Part shown: positions 1-9,491 of the stretch, piece by piece
Position numbering within the stretch: the stretch's first letter is position 1
How the letters are laid out: the number at the start of each line of letters is the position of its first letter
From: Candidatus Woesebacteria bacterium
GTDB taxonomy: Bacteria; Patescibacteriota; Microgenomatia; UBA8517
DNA length: 64,000 nt
Assembly (NCBI GenBank): GCA_963716475.1
Contig: OY970314.1
Span: 74,479-138,478, forward strand
Direction of reading: 5' to 3'
The notes under the pieces: generated by a model
The model's input: the letters and a program-made list of their open reading frames with translations, nothing else
What the model was told of the DNA's origin: nothing
Database searches by the model: none
Made by a program: the position numbers and the translations under genes

Positions 1-133
1 AAATAATAATCTTATATACCTAAAAAGCAATAGAACCTTTTTCAAAACTTGCCATTACGGCTTGCTTTAGGGAGCTAACGCTAGGTTATATGAACAGGTA
101 TAAAACCAGTCCATAGTGTTGTAGAATGAACTA

Positions 134-1759
134 ATGATTAGGGATCAACTTGAAAAAATCTTGGGATTTGGGTTGGAAGCAACCGAAAATCCCGCCTTTG
201 GAGATTATTCTTCAGCAGTGGCTCTAAGTGGCGGTTCACCCAAGAAAAAAGCTGAGGAAATTGTAGAAAAGTTAAAAACCGACAAGGAACTATCCAACAT
301 TGTTGACAAAATAGAAGTTGCCGGCCCGGGTTTTATCAACTTTTGGCTGAAAAAAGATGCACTTATCGACAATGTGATACAGATTGAACATAGCAAAGAC
401 AAATATGGAACCTCGGACGCCGGAAAAGGCAAGACCGTCATTATTGATTATTCCTCACCCAATATCGCCAAACCTTTCGGGATAGGGCATCTTAGATCAA
501 CCATAATCGGAGCGGCTTTGTACAATCTTTATACAACCTTGGGTTACTGTGTCGTTGGAGATAATCATTTGGGGGATTGGGGAACGCAGTTCGGGAAGCT
601 TCTTTACATGATTAAATTAAAAAATTTAACCGATTTTGACATTGCCAAGCTTGAAGAACTGTATGTTGAATTTCATAAGCTTGCAGAAAAGGACAATAGC
701 CTTGATGAGAAAGCCCGTGAATGGTTTAAAAAACTGGAGGACGGAGACCCTGAGGCCAAATCAATCTGGCAAAAGTGCGTTGATGTTTCAATGGAAGAGT
801 TCGACAGAGTTTACAGGACCCTTGGCGTAAAAGTGGATTTTGCTTTCGGGGAAAGCTACTACTTAAGTGAAATGAAGCAGATGGTGAATGACCCGACCTT
901 CAAAAAATACCTATCGAAAGGAGAGGATGGGGCCCTGATTATTGATTTGGCCGAGGAAGGAATAAAAACGCCTTTGATGTTATTAAAAAGCGATGGGGCC
1001 ACAACTTATGCGACGCGCGACTTAGCTACAATTAAGTTCCGGGTTAGAAAATGGGATCCCGAAATCATTATTTATGAGGTCGGGGCGGAGCAATCGCTTC
1101 ACTTTAAGCAAGTATTCGCCGCTGCGAGACTTTTGGGACTTGTAGATGAGAGAGTTACACTGGTACACACGGCTCACGGCCTTTATTTGGCGTCTGACGG
1201 GAAGAAATTCAGTACCAGGGAAGGAAAAACCATAAAATTGGAGGAAGTCTTGGACGAAGCAATAAAAAGAGCTGAGAAATTGGGGAATAGTGACGGCAAG
1301 GTAGCCAAAGAAGTGGGGATAGGTGCCATAAAATATTTTGACCTGATGCATTCAGTTCAGAGCAATGTTGTTTTTGAATGGGACAAGGTGATGAATATGG
1401 AGGGCAATTCCGGTCCTTATCTTCAATATACGGTTGCCCGAACAAACTCGGTTCTGGCAAAGGCAAAAGCCCTAAACGCCGATCTTAAAGTAGCGGATTT
1501 AAACAGCGGGGAAGAATTGGTTCTTCGGAGCCTGATTAAATTTCCGGAAGTCGTTGAATTAAGCGCAAAACTATTTTCGCCCAATCTTCTCTGCAACTAT
1601 CTGTATGACTTAGCGCAGAAATATAATAATTTCTACAACATAAATAGAATAATCGGTTCGGATAGTGAAGATTTCCGACTTGCTTTGACTTTTGGAGTAG
1701 GGCAAGTATTAAAAAATGGGCTGAAGCTTCTTGGAATACAGACTCCTGAAAGGATGTAA
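134..1759 (+). CDS. argS: Arginine--tRNA ligase
   Basis: 541-aa ORF with class I aaRS signature region 'SSPNIAKPFGIGHLRST' and 'HLGDWGTQFG'; size and C-terminal anticodon-binding-like tail fit ArgRS. TAGAAT hexamer (122-127) lies 6 nt upstream of the ATG. Confidence 0.93.
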   Translation: MIRDQLEKILGFGLEATENPAFGDYSSAVALSGGSPKKKAEEIVEKLKTDKELSNIVDKIEVAGPGFINFWLKKDALIDNVIQIEHSKDKYGTSDAGKGKTVIIDYSSPNIAKPFGIGHLRSTIIGAALYNLYTTLGYCVVGDNHLGDWGTQFGKLLYMIKLKNLTDFDIAKLEELYVEFHKLAEKDNSLDEKAREWFKKLEDGDPEAKSIWQKCVDVSMEEFDRVYRTLGVKVDFAFGESYYLSEMKQMVNDPTFKKYLSKGEDGALIIDLAEEGIKTPLMLLKSDGATTYATRDLATIKFRVRKWDPEIIIYEVGAEQSLHFKQVFAAARLLGLVDERVTLVHTAHGLYLASDGKKFSTREGKTIKLEEVLDEAIKRAEKLGNSDGKVAKEVGIGAIKYFDLMHSVQSNVVFEWDKVMNMEGNSGPYLQYTVARTNSVLAKAKALNADLKVADLNSGEELVLRSLIKFPEVVELSAKLFSPNLLCNYLYDLAQKYNNFYNINRIIGSDSEDFRLALTFGVGQVLKNGLKLLGIQTPERM

Positions 1760-1760
1760 G

Positions 1761-2231
1761 TTATTTACCCTCGTCTTTTTCCAATTTCTCGATTCTTTTG
1801 AGAATATCCAGCATCATTTCATCCTGTTTCTCCAGATGAAGTAAAATGGCTTCAATTTCTTTTTCGGCTTTAACATTGGTTTCGTAATCGTGCTGGGCTC
1901 TGAGTTCTGCGTGCCTACTCTGCAGGTTTTGCCCGACCAAAATTAATGGCAAAAGTATAAGTTGCAGGTATCCTGAAGAAAAGTACTGAACCGTTGGCAT
2001 GGCCCAGCTAAAGATAAGGGGTAGGGTAACAAGTACCAGGCAGAAGTAGAAAAAACCCATCGTTCCGACTTTTGCAGTAATAAAAAGGGCCAGTTTGTCG
2101 GTTTTACTTAAACGGCTTTTATGTACCTCATTAGTATTGGCTATCGGTGCGAACTCGCGTTTAAGGTCGGCTACCGTTTTAATCGCGGGAGCGTGATCAT
2201 TTTTCTCGAGATGGGGTTGCGTTTCGGGCAT
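1761..2231 (-). CDS. Small membrane protein with C-terminal coiled coil (DUF1003-like, tentative)
   Basis: 156-aa ORF convergent with argS. It has two hydrophobic segments followed by 'QNLQSRHAELRAQHDYETNVKAEKEIE', a pattern I associate with DUF1003 membrane proteins. Assignment is from memory of the motif only. Confidence 0.45.
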   Translation of the reverse strand: MPETQPHLEKNDHAPAIKTVADLKREFAPIANTNEVHKSRLSKTDKLALFITAKVGTMGFFYFCLVLVTLPLIFSWAMPTVQYFSSGYLQLILLPLILVGQNLQSRHAELRAQHDYETNVKAEKEIEAILLHLEKQDEMMLDILKRIEKLEKDEGK

Positions 2232-2254
2232 TTATTAAGTATATAATACAAAAC

Positions 2255-3532
2255 ATGGATTACAAACTTCACAAAATGCCCTCGGGCCTAAGAGTGGTAA
2301 CAGTTCCCATGCCGGGACTGGAATCGGTGACCATAACTATTTGGGTCAGAACAGGCAGCCGAAACGAGGATGAAAAGGTAGGCGGAATCAGCCACTTCCT
2401 GGAGCATATGGTTTTTAAAGGCAGCCCAAAGCGCCCAACCGCAAAAGACATTTCTCAGGCAGTGGATGCAATCGGCGGAGAATTCAACGCCGCGACCAGC
2501 AAGGACTGGACGAATTTTTACATTAAAGCAGCCAAAGAAAACCTGGAAACCGCCTTCGATGTCCTAAGCGACATGGTTCTCAACCCCCTTTTGAAGTCGG
2601 ATGAGATAGAAAGGGAAAAGGGGACCATTATTCAGGAAATAAGAATGTATGAGGATACTCCGATGATGAGAATAGGAGACGTTTTTGAAGAGCTGGCATT
2701 TAACGGTAATCCATTGGGACGCGACACGGCCGGAATCGAAGCCACAGTCAAAGGGATCAAGAGGGACGATTTTGTAAGATATAGAAAGATACATTATCAT
2801 TCAGAAAATATGCTGGTTACGGTAGCCGGAGGAATAGACCAGGATGTGGTATTGAAATTGGTCGAAAAGTATTTTGACTCGGTTAAGCCCTTTAAAGGAG
2901 TTTTATTTAAAGGTCAGGAATTTAAGAATAAACAAACCAAACCCCAATTTAAACTCCAAACCAAGAAAAGCGAACAGGCTCATCTGATTTTGGGGTTTAT
3001 GGCTGAGGGCAGGGGATACCCGGCCCGATTTGCCCAAAGTATTCTCTCCGTAATTTTGGGCGGGGGAATGAGCTCGAGACTATTTATTGAGGTCAGGGAA
3101 CGGCGTGGCCTGGCATATTCCGTAAGGACAAATGCCGACAGATACCAGGAAATCGGATATATGGGGACATATGCCGGAGTAAACGTAGCTAAGTCCGATG
3201 AAGCCATTAAAGTCATCTTGGACCAATGCTATGGCTTGTCTTCCGGCAAGTATCCGGTAACCGCTAAGGAACTAACCAAGGCTAAAGGTTTTCTCAAAGG
3301 TAACCTCGCACTGGCTCTTGAGGACACGCATGACGTCAGCGGGTTTTACGGTGAACAGAACCTTTTCCTAGAAAAAGTTTTGACACCCGAGGAAATTTAC
3401 AAGAAAGTTGACGCAGTTACAATAAAAGACGTTAATTTTGAGGCTAAAAAACTATTCACCCCATCTCGCCTCAATTTAGCCATAATCGGTCCTTTCAAAG
3501 ATAGCAAGAAATTTGTACAATTATTGGAATAA
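2255..3532 (+). CDS. M16 family (pitrilysin-like) zinc peptidase
   Basis: 425 aa; inverted zinc motif HxxEH in 'ISHFLEHMVFKGS' near the N-terminus; two-lobed M16 length. Confidence 0.85.
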   Translation: MDYKLHKMPSGLRVVTVPMPGLESVTITIWVRTGSRNEDEKVGGISHFLEHMVFKGSPKRPTAKDISQAVDAIGGEFNAATSKDWTNFYIKAAKENLETAFDVLSDMVLNPLLKSDEIEREKGTIIQEIRMYEDTPMMRIGDVFEELAFNGNPLGRDTAGIEATVKGIKRDDFVRYRKIHYHSENMLVTVAGGIDQDVVLKLVEKYFDSVKPFKGVLFKGQEFKNKQTKPQFKLQTKKSEQAHLILGFMAEGRGYPARFAQSILSVILGGGMSSRLFIEVRERRGLAYSVRTNADRYQEIGYMGTYAGVNVAKSDEAIKVILDQCYGLSSGKYPVTAKELTKAKGFLKGNLALALEDTHDVSGFYGEQNLFLEKVLTPEEIYKKVDAVTIKDVNFEAKKLFTPSRLNLAIIGPFKDSKKFVQLLE

Positions 3533-3533
3533 T

Positions 3534-3995
3534 ATGGAAAGAACGGTAGTACTCATCAAGCCGGATGGTATTCAGAGAGGACTGGTAGGCGAGATAATGC
3601 ACAGATTTGAAAGAAAAGGGCTTAAACTGGTCGGACTTAAGATGGTCACCATGACCGATGCGATGCTTGACAGCTGGTATGTCCACCACAAAGATAAACC
3701 CTTTTTCCAGGACCTTAAGAGCTTTATGCGCTGGACTCCTGTGGTTGCCATGGTTTGGGAAGGCTTGGAAGCGGTTGCCGCCGTCAGAAAGATCGTGGGA
3801 ATTACCAAGGCGAGAGAAGCCGAAGCAGGTTCAATCCGGGGGGATTTTGGTATGAGTGGCTCACAAAATATAATCCACGCGTCAGATTCTCTGGAATCTG
3901 CGGAGAAAGAATTAGGATTAATATTTAACGGCGACGAAATCTTCGATTACGAAAGCGGTATGGACCGCCTTATTTACTCCAAAGAGGAAACTTAA
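3534..3995 (+). CDS. ndk: Nucleoside diphosphate kinase
   Basis: 'MERTVVLIKPDGIQRGLVGEI...' and catalytic-His motif 'NIIHASDS'. I chose ATG 3534 over the ORF-track start 3513, which overlaps the upstream gene. Confidence 0.93.
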   Translation: MERTVVLIKPDGIQRGLVGEIMHRFERKGLKLVGLKMVTMTDAMLDSWYVHHKDKPFFQDLKSFMRWTPVVAMVWEGLEAVAAVRKIVGITKAREAEAGSIRGDFGMSGSQNIIHASDSLESAEKELGLIFNGDEIFDYESGMDRLIYSKEET

Positions 3996-4034
3996 GATAA
4001 TATTTTGTATTTTCCTGATATAATTAGCCATATT

Positions 4035-4106
4035 CGGGGTGTAGTGAATCGGTATCACGTTACGTTCGGGACGTAAAGACACTGGGTTCAATTCCCAGCA
4101 CCCCGA
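4035..4106 (+). tRNA. tRNA-Pro (anticodon CGG)
   Basis: Hand-folded cloverleaf. Acceptor cggggtg/caccccg; D stem gtga/tcac; anticodon stem ttacg/cgtaa with loop ttCGGga; T stem ctggg/cccag with loop ttcaatt; discriminator A. CCA is not encoded. Confidence 0.8.
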
Positions 4107-4121
4107 CCGAAGAGTAAATAA

Positions 4122-4196
4122 GCCCTCGTAGCTCAACGGATAGAGCAAACCCGTCCTAAGGGTGAGATGACAGTTCAATTCCGTCCGAGGGCACCA
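4122..4196 (+). tRNA. tRNA-Arg (anticodon CCU), CCA encoded
   Basis: Hand-folded cloverleaf. Acceptor gccctcg/cgagggc; D stem gctc/gagc; anticodon loop gtCCTaa; T loop ttcaatt; terminal acca. There is one mismatch in the anticodon stem and one in the T stem. Confidence 0.72.
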
Positions 4197-5399
4197 TTAC
4201 TTTACTGTCAGTGTATAAAGATTAGCAGAGGTCGTTGGGGCTCCTAAGTTTGTAAGAATCAAGATCTTGGTTGTATTTGAAAAAGGAAATGCAGCCGGAG
4301 CAAAATACGAGCCTGAATAGACTACCTGGCGGTTGGTTCCGTCATAGTCCATTATCACAATCTGCCCGCTTTGAGCCAGGAGCAGATGCCTGCTCGTAGA
4401 CATCCATCTTAATGCTCCCGTTTGAGGATTATCTATATTATTTATGCTAACGGGCTGGTCCGTGATCAGAAAGTTCCGGTCCTCTTTAGTATCGTAAATA
4501 TAAGTGTGTCCTGTCTGGATACTTCTTTCCTGCCTTTGTGTTGAGGCTCCCGGAAGAGGTCTAATTAAACCTTCCGGCAAAGTGCCGGAAGAACTGGCAG
4601 TGTAAAGGATCATATTACCATCTGGTGAAAATACGAAGTCCGAAGATTTTCTGGAAAGGACATCGCTTACCTCCGGAGGTAAATTCCTGATTAAATTTTG
4701 GTTATTTGTCACAGTTTCCGTTTTCCACTGTGCAAGAGTTACGTTCTCTTTCGAAGCAATATTTACCCTTTGATTTTGGGCTATAAATGATCCGGTATCT
4801 AATAGAAAGACGCTGTTAGATATTGTTAGAAGTACCTGACGTCCGTCTGGTGAAAAAACATAGGTTGCCCCTGTCATATCTCCGTCCGTCATTCTTTTTG
4901 GTCCGGCTCCGAATCCCAAAGGCAAACTCAAGGTATCGAGTTCCCAGAGCCCGGCTTTATCGTTCACGGTATCCGTGGAGGGAAGTATGCTGAAAACAAT
5001 TTTTGATCCGTCCTCAGCCATTACAGGGTTAATGGCTCCTGTTGAAGTAACCGGTGAGAGGGAAGGGACGTTTTTGAAAAGCGAAATTGTGGCTTGAGTA
5101 ACAATTTCTTTTTCGATGGTTAGCCTTTTATACCAGCTAAAATAACCGTCTTTTCTGACCTCAACGTCGTAGGTTCCGGGGGAAAGAGAAATACTGGCAT
5201 TGGTTGCAGTTTTGAGATCCCCGTTGACAAAGACTGAGGCTCCATCCGGCTCGGATTTAAGCACTAAAATGCCGTTCGGCTGGAACTTAAACGTTTTAAG
5301 ATTAAACCGATAGCCTCGGGCATAATATGAGGCAAAAAGCCCCACGCTTCCTACAACGACCAAAGTAATCAGGAAAAAAATAACTCTGACTTTTGTCAT
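4197..5399 (-). CDS. Membrane-anchored PEGA-domain / TolB-like beta-propeller protein
   Basis: 400 aa. N-terminal TM segment, a PEGA-like segment 'LVLKSEPDGASVFVNG...GTYDVEVRKDGYFSW', then repeated 'FSPDG' propeller-type repeats. Confidence 0.7.
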   Translation of the reverse strand: MTKVRVIFFLITLVVVGSVGLFASYYARGYRFNLKTFKFQPNGILVLKSEPDGASVFVNGDLKTATNASISLSPGTYDVEVRKDGYFSWYKRLTIEKEIVTQATISLFKNVPSLSPVTSTGAINPVMAEDGSKIVFSILPSTDTVNDKAGLWELDTLSLPLGFGAGPKRMTDGDMTGATYVFSPDGRQVLLTISNSVFLLDTGSFIAQNQRVNIASKENVTLAQWKTETVTNNQNLIRNLPPEVSDVLSRKSSDFVFSPDGNMILYTASSSGTLPEGLIRPLPGASTQRQERSIQTGHTYIYDTKEDRNFLITDQPVSINNIDNPQTGALRWMSTSRHLLLAQSGQIVIMDYDGTNRQVVYSGSYFAPAAFPFSNTTKILILTNLGAPTTSANLYTLTVK

Positions 5400-5448
5400 A
5401 TGAGTGCATTATACCAAAGAACTGTCTGCTTTGGATCATCTTTGAATC

Positions 5449-5457
5449 TGATATAAT
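5449..5457 (+). promoter_or_regulatory. Extended -10 element (TGATATAAT) upstream of mreB
   Basis: TGnTATAAT match ends 9 nt before the mreB ATG (5467). No Shine-Dalgarno sequence lies in between, which implies a very short leader. Confidence 0.4.
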
Positions 5458-5466
5458 CCGATTAAT

Positions 5467-6474
5467 ATGTGGAGGAAGAATATTGCCATTGATTTAGGGA
5501 CTGCAAATACGCTTGTGTGGGTGGTGGGTGAAGGACTAGTTGTTAATGAGCCTACGGTTGTGGCTATTTCGGCGGATGATAATAAGGTGGTAGCGGTTGG
5601 AGAGGAAGCTAAAAGAATGCTCGGACGTACCCCCGAAGCTCTTATAGCCTCGCGTCCCATGAGAGACGGGGTAATTGCGGATTATCAGGTGACCGAGGCA
5701 ATGCTTAGGTATTTTATAGGCAAGGTTTTAGGTAGGTTTCAAATTTTTAAGCCTAATGTTATGGTTTGTGTACCTGCGGGTTGTACCCAAGTAGAACGTC
5801 GGGCGGCACTTGATGCCACTCTTTCGGCCGGTGCAGGGCACGCATACCTGATTGATGAACCTCTGGCTGCCGCAATCGGAGCTCAAATTCCGGTTTCGGC
5901 CCCATCCGGGCATATGATAATAGACATTGGAGGAGGTTCAACCGAGGCTGCTGTAATTTCACTGGGGGGTGTAGTTAGCCATAAGTCTGTCCGGGTTGCC
6001 GGAAACAAGATTGATGAAGCAATCCAGACTTATCTTAAAAAGAAACACAATCTGATAGTGGGAGATCAAACGGCGGAGGATATTAAACTCAAAATTGGAT
6101 CCGCAACCGCGACCCCTAAGGCCGAAAAGCTGGAGATATCCGGTCGCGACCTCGTTTTTGGGCTTCCGAGAACCGTTATTATCACTTCAGGGGAAGTAAC
6201 TGAAGCGATAAAGCCAATTTTGATGCAGATAATCAGTGCAGTAAAGGGTGTTTTGGAGGATACACCTCCGGAACTTGCCTCAGATATTATCGATAAGGGT
6301 ATCATTATGAGTGGGGGATCTGCGCTTCTCAGGAATTTTGATAAAATGATAACGACTGAAACCGGAGTTCCGGCTCATGTTGCCGATGAGCCGCTTCTTT
6401 GTGTTGTTAGAGGAACAGGACTCGTATTGGAAAACATCGAACTTTGGAAAAGAAGTGTAACGACAAGGGGGTAA
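5467..6474 (+). CDS. mreB: Rod-shape-determining actin homologue MreB
   Basis: 335 aa with 'IAIDLGTANTLV', 'DIGGGSTE' and 'GIIMSGGSALL' actin-fold phosphate/adenosine motifs. Confidence 0.93.
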   Translation: MWRKNIAIDLGTANTLVWVVGEGLVVNEPTVVAISADDNKVVAVGEEAKRMLGRTPEALIASRPMRDGVIADYQVTEAMLRYFIGKVLGRFQIFKPNVMVCVPAGCTQVERRAALDATLSAGAGHAYLIDEPLAAAIGAQIPVSAPSGHMIIDIGGGSTEAAVISLGGVVSHKSVRVAGNKIDEAIQTYLKKKHNLIVGDQTAEDIKLKIGSATATPKAEKLEISGRDLVFGLPRTVIITSGEVTEAIKPILMQIISAVKGVLEDTPPELASDIIDKGIIMSGGSALLRNFDKMITTETGVPAHVADEPLLCVVRGTGLVLENIELWKRSVTTRG

Positions 6475-6740
6475 CTCTATAATATAGGGTAGTGTGAATA
6501 ATAGGAAGCTATTATTAATATAGGTTTATAATTTCTGGATTTTCAAGTTGAATACTCATACTTTGTATTAACAGGAGCTAAGCATAAATATATGATCTAT
6601 AGTGATAGGTAAAATAAGCAATATATATTGTTCATCGTTTGAGGATAAGTTCGTTAATATGTAGTTCAGTAATTGGATAATAAATATACACAAGTTTGCT
6701 TTTTTAGAACGTATGTTTATCAATATAATTTACCTGTAGT

Positions 6741-6762
6741 AAAAGTAATAATTATTACTTTT
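6741..6762. repeat. 22-bp perfect AT-rich palindrome AAAAGTAATAATTATTACTTTT
   Basis: Read directly. It is identical to its own reverse complement and lies inside the 390-bp ORF-free AT-rich spacer 6475-6864. Confidence 0.9.
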
Positions 6763-6864
6763 CAATTATTAATTTTCAATATAATATAAGATATACACAG
6801 TTGCGGGGAAAACGAGGCTAATTATACCAATTCTGCAATCTATAAGATAAATACCATTTTTGAC

Positions 6865-7650
6865 ATGATAAGAACACAAAAAAACCACATAGAATTAGGC
6901 CGTAAAGACGGTAAAATCCTTGGAATTAATGTTACTGGCACTTACATTAATGAAGTGCTAGCAAGAGTAAAGGAGAATATAGCCGATAGTGTCAAATTTT
7001 ACATAGTAACACCCAACCCCGAGATCATTTTAATGGCACAGAAGTTCAAAAAGTTAAAGATTGCTTTAAATGGAACCGACTTGGCGATACCGGATGGAGT
7101 AGGACTAAAGTTTGCTATTCCCGGCTTAAATATTATTAGAGGAAGAGAGCTTTTTTCGGAACTTATAAAACTTTCCAGTGAGAAAAAATGGAAGTTATTC
7201 TTGCTGGGAGGGCTTGGTGACGAGGCGGGATTGTCAGCCAGGAAGCTCAAGGCTCAACATGCAGAACTCAAGATTGAAACATTTAAGGGTCCAAAATTGG
7301 ATAATGACGCTGAACCTGTGTCCGAAAACGATAAAGAGCTTCAAAAGGAGGCAATCGACAGAATTAACAAGTTTGCCCCGCAGCTTCTATTTGTAGCCTT
7401 TGGCAACCCGAAGCAGGAAATTTGGGTTTACGAAAACTATTCAAAATTAAATATCGGGGGGGCAATGGCCGTGGGAGGGGCATTTCGTTACGTAGCCGGG
7501 TTATCCAAGGTCCCGCCAAAATGGATAGCTGATCTGGGTCTTGAGTGGCTCTGGAGGCTTATTAACGAGCCGTTCCGGATTGGCCGCATTTGGAATGCAG
7601 TTATCATTTTCCCTCTAAGAGTATTTATTTTTAAAGTTTTCTCTGTATAA
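6865..7650 (+). CDS. WecB/TagA/CpsF family (GT26) glycosyltransferase
   Basis: 261 aa; family-typical 'IVTPNPEI' and 'LFVAFGNPKQEIW' motifs. Confidence 0.82.
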   Translation: MIRTQKNHIELGRKDGKILGINVTGTYINEVLARVKENIADSVKFYIVTPNPEIILMAQKFKKLKIALNGTDLAIPDGVGLKFAIPGLNIIRGRELFSELIKLSSEKKWKLFLLGGLGDEAGLSARKLKAQHAELKIETFKGPKLDNDAEPVSENDKELQKEAIDRINKFAPQLLFVAFGNPKQEIWVYENYSKLNIGGAMAVGGAFRYVAGLSKVPPKWIADLGLEWLWRLINEPFRIGRIWNAVIIFPLRVFIFKVFSV

Positions 7651-7657
7651 TGACCCC

Positions 7658-7891
7658 ATGTCATGCGATATTTCGCGGACCGGAGAGTGTGACCGTATTG
7701 CTGCGGAAGAATATCATTGTGACGATTGTAGCGATTTTATAGCTTTGGCCCAAGGCGCCATTACAGGTGGCGGTTTTGTTTTGGTTTACTCAAGTCCTAA
7801 CAAGGCTGCTGTTTACAATAGAAACGGCTATTTGCTGATGGAGATTGATAACGGAATGTTTAGGAAAAAGGGGAACATCGGTTCATCTTGA
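7658..7891 (+). CDS. Hypothetical small Cys-containing protein
   Basis: 77-aa ORF with no recognisable motif beyond four Cys in the first 25 residues. Its 3' end overlaps the convergent sigma-factor gene by 9 nt. Confidence 0.3.
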   Translation: MSCDISRTGECDRIAAEEYHCDDCSDFIALAQGAITGGGFVLVYSSPNKAAVYNRNGYLLMEIDNGMFRKKGNIGSS

Positions 7892-8410
7892 ACCTCCTGA
7901 CCATACTTTAGAAAATTCTTCTTTTGCCCTATAAAGCCTGCCTTCAACCGCCCGCTCGCTTATGCCCATTATTTTTGAGATTTCTATGTAAGACATATCT
8001 TTCCAGTATCTGAACCAAAGAAGTCTCCTTTTGTCGTCGGGGAGCAGGTTTAAGCAATCATTAACGGACCTTCTGAGGTCTTTTAGAGCCAGGCTTTCCT
8101 CGGGGGAGAGGGACTTTTCGTCTTTTTGAGTTATTGCCTCAATTAGAGGCACAACAATTCCGGATCTGGAATTTATCTGGTCGTGGTAATAATCGGCAAT
8201 TTTATTTAGTGCGATCCTGCAAAGCCAAGTAAAATAGCTGCTTTTGTGCCTGAAAGTTGTGAGTCCCCTCCATGCGGCCACAAATGTTTCCTCAACGATT
8301 TCATCTACCTCGTCTTTGTTTGCACCGATCCTTTTCATTACGAATTTGGTCAGAGGGAGAGCCAGTTTTTTATAAAATTCGTCAAACCAGACGCGTGGGT
8401 TATTTGGCAT
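7883..8410 (-). CDS. ECF-type sigma-70 family RNA polymerase sigma factor
   Basis: 175 aa. Region 2-like 'FVAAWRGLTTFRHKSSYFTWLCRIALNKIADYY' and region 4 HTH 'MSYIEISKIMGISERAVEGRLYRAK'. Confidence 0.85.
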   Translation of the reverse strand: MPNNPRVWFDEFYKKLALPLTKFVMKRIGANKDEVDEIVEETFVAAWRGLTTFRHKSSYFTWLCRIALNKIADYYHDQINSRSGIVVPLIEAITQKDEKSLSPEESLALKDLRRSVNDCLNLLPDDKRRLLWFRYWKDMSYIEISKIMGISERAVEGRLYRAKEEFSKVWSGGSR

Positions 8411-8431
8411 ATCGAAGACTAATTATATAAC

Positions 8432-8686
8432 ATGGACATTTCCGGAGTATTGTCAAAATATTTGAGGCTGGGTAGGGAGAGGGAAGGCGGTACCTTTTTT
8501 GAAGAGACTTCCTTCTATCGCGATGCAGGTGGGGATATGGGATTAGTGCAGGACGCCGGTGATGGTCGGTATATTTTGGATAAACATCAACTTCAAATCC
8601 TAATGCGGAGGGACCCCAAATCTTCCGATTTTGAGGTAAAAATGCTTCAGGAAGGAAAATTTCTTGTGGGGTTTAAAAAGGAGTAG
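8432..8686 (+). CDS. Hypothetical protein
   Basis: 84-aa ORF with no recognisable motif. Coding status is uncertain. Confidence 0.3.
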   Translation: MDISGVLSKYLRLGREREGGTFFEETSFYRDAGGDMGLVQDAGDGRYILDKHQLQILMRRDPKSSDFEVKMLQEGKFLVGFKKE

Positions 8687-8699
8687 AATAGGGCCTCAT

Positions 8700-9491
8700 A
8701 TGAAGAATTTGATTCTGATTAAGCTTGGTGGAAGCATAATTACCGATAAGAAAAAGGGCTATTCGGTACGCGGGGCCAATATCTTACGATTGGGGAGAGA
8801 GATAAAAAGTGCCTTAAAAGCCGGCAATTGCAAAGTAATTATCGGTCACGGAGCTGGCAGTTTTGCCCATGTCCCAGCACACAAATATAAAACTAAAGAA
8901 GGACTAATTAATAAAAATAGCCTTTACGGAATGAGTGTTACTGGGGATGCGGCACGGAAGTTGAACTCCATTGTGCTAAAAAATTTTCTTACTTTGGGAC
9001 TTCCGGTGTTTTCTTTTTCTCCGGCAAGTTTCCTGATATCTGATAGATATAGATATAGTAAATCATATATAGATCCTATCAAAAAGGCTTTAAATATTGG
9101 AATTATACCGGTAGTTTATGGGGATGTTATTCTGGACAAGGTAACCGGCTGCACAATTTTTTCCACCGAAAAAATTCTTTCAATATTGGCAAGGCAGTTA
9201 ACAGGGGATTATAAAATCAGAATTATTTATGCAACCGATACAGATGGTGTTTATGATGAAAAAGGGAAAACAATGGAAAAAATTATACAATCAAGCTTTG
9301 ACAAAGTTAAAAAAGTAGTTTCTAGTGCTGGAACGACGGACGTAACCGGTGGGATGCTTCACAAAGTGGAAGAGTCGCTGAAATTAGCCAAAGAAACTGG
9401 AATTGAAACCACTATTGTAAACGGAAACAAAAAAGGTAATTTGTTAAGAGCTGTCCTGGGAGAATCTGTAAGATCTACGATTATCTCCTAA
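8700..9491 (+). CDS. Isopentenyl phosphate kinase (amino-acid-kinase fold)
   Basis: 'MKNLILIKLGGSIITDKKK' and 'IIGHGAGSFAH' match the IPK/amino-acid-kinase glycine and His motifs. I chose ATG 8700 rather than the upstream-extended 8664. Confidence 0.78.
   Translation: MKNLILIKLGGSIITDKKKGYSVRGANILRLGREIKSALKAGNCKVIIGHGAGSFAHVPAHKYKTKEGLINKNSLYGMSVTGDAARKLNSIVLKNFLTLGLPVFSFSPASFLISDRYRYSKSYIDPIKKALNIGIIPVVYGDVILDKVTGCTIFSTEKILSILARQLTGDYKIRIIYATDTDGVYDEKGKTMEKIIQSSFDKVKKVVSSAGTTDVTGGMLHKVEESLKLAKETGIETTIVNGNKKGNLLRAVLGESVRSTIIS

Noticed and set aside
7658-7891. The small Cys-containing ORF next to the ECF sigma factor as a zinc-binding anti-sigma factor.
   Set aside because: It is convergent rather than co-transcribed with the sigma gene. 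It lacks the H-x3-C-x2-C spacing (it has H-C-x2-C) and has no TM segment. I kept it only as a low-confidence hypothetical.
8664-8699. Upstream-extended ORF-track starts (3513, 8664, 9644, 43082, 48922, 60599).
   Set aside because: Each extension overlaps the preceding gene or adds residues absent from the family's usual N-terminus. Internal ATGs (3534, 8700, 9758, 43118, 48979, 60620) give canonical N-termini.
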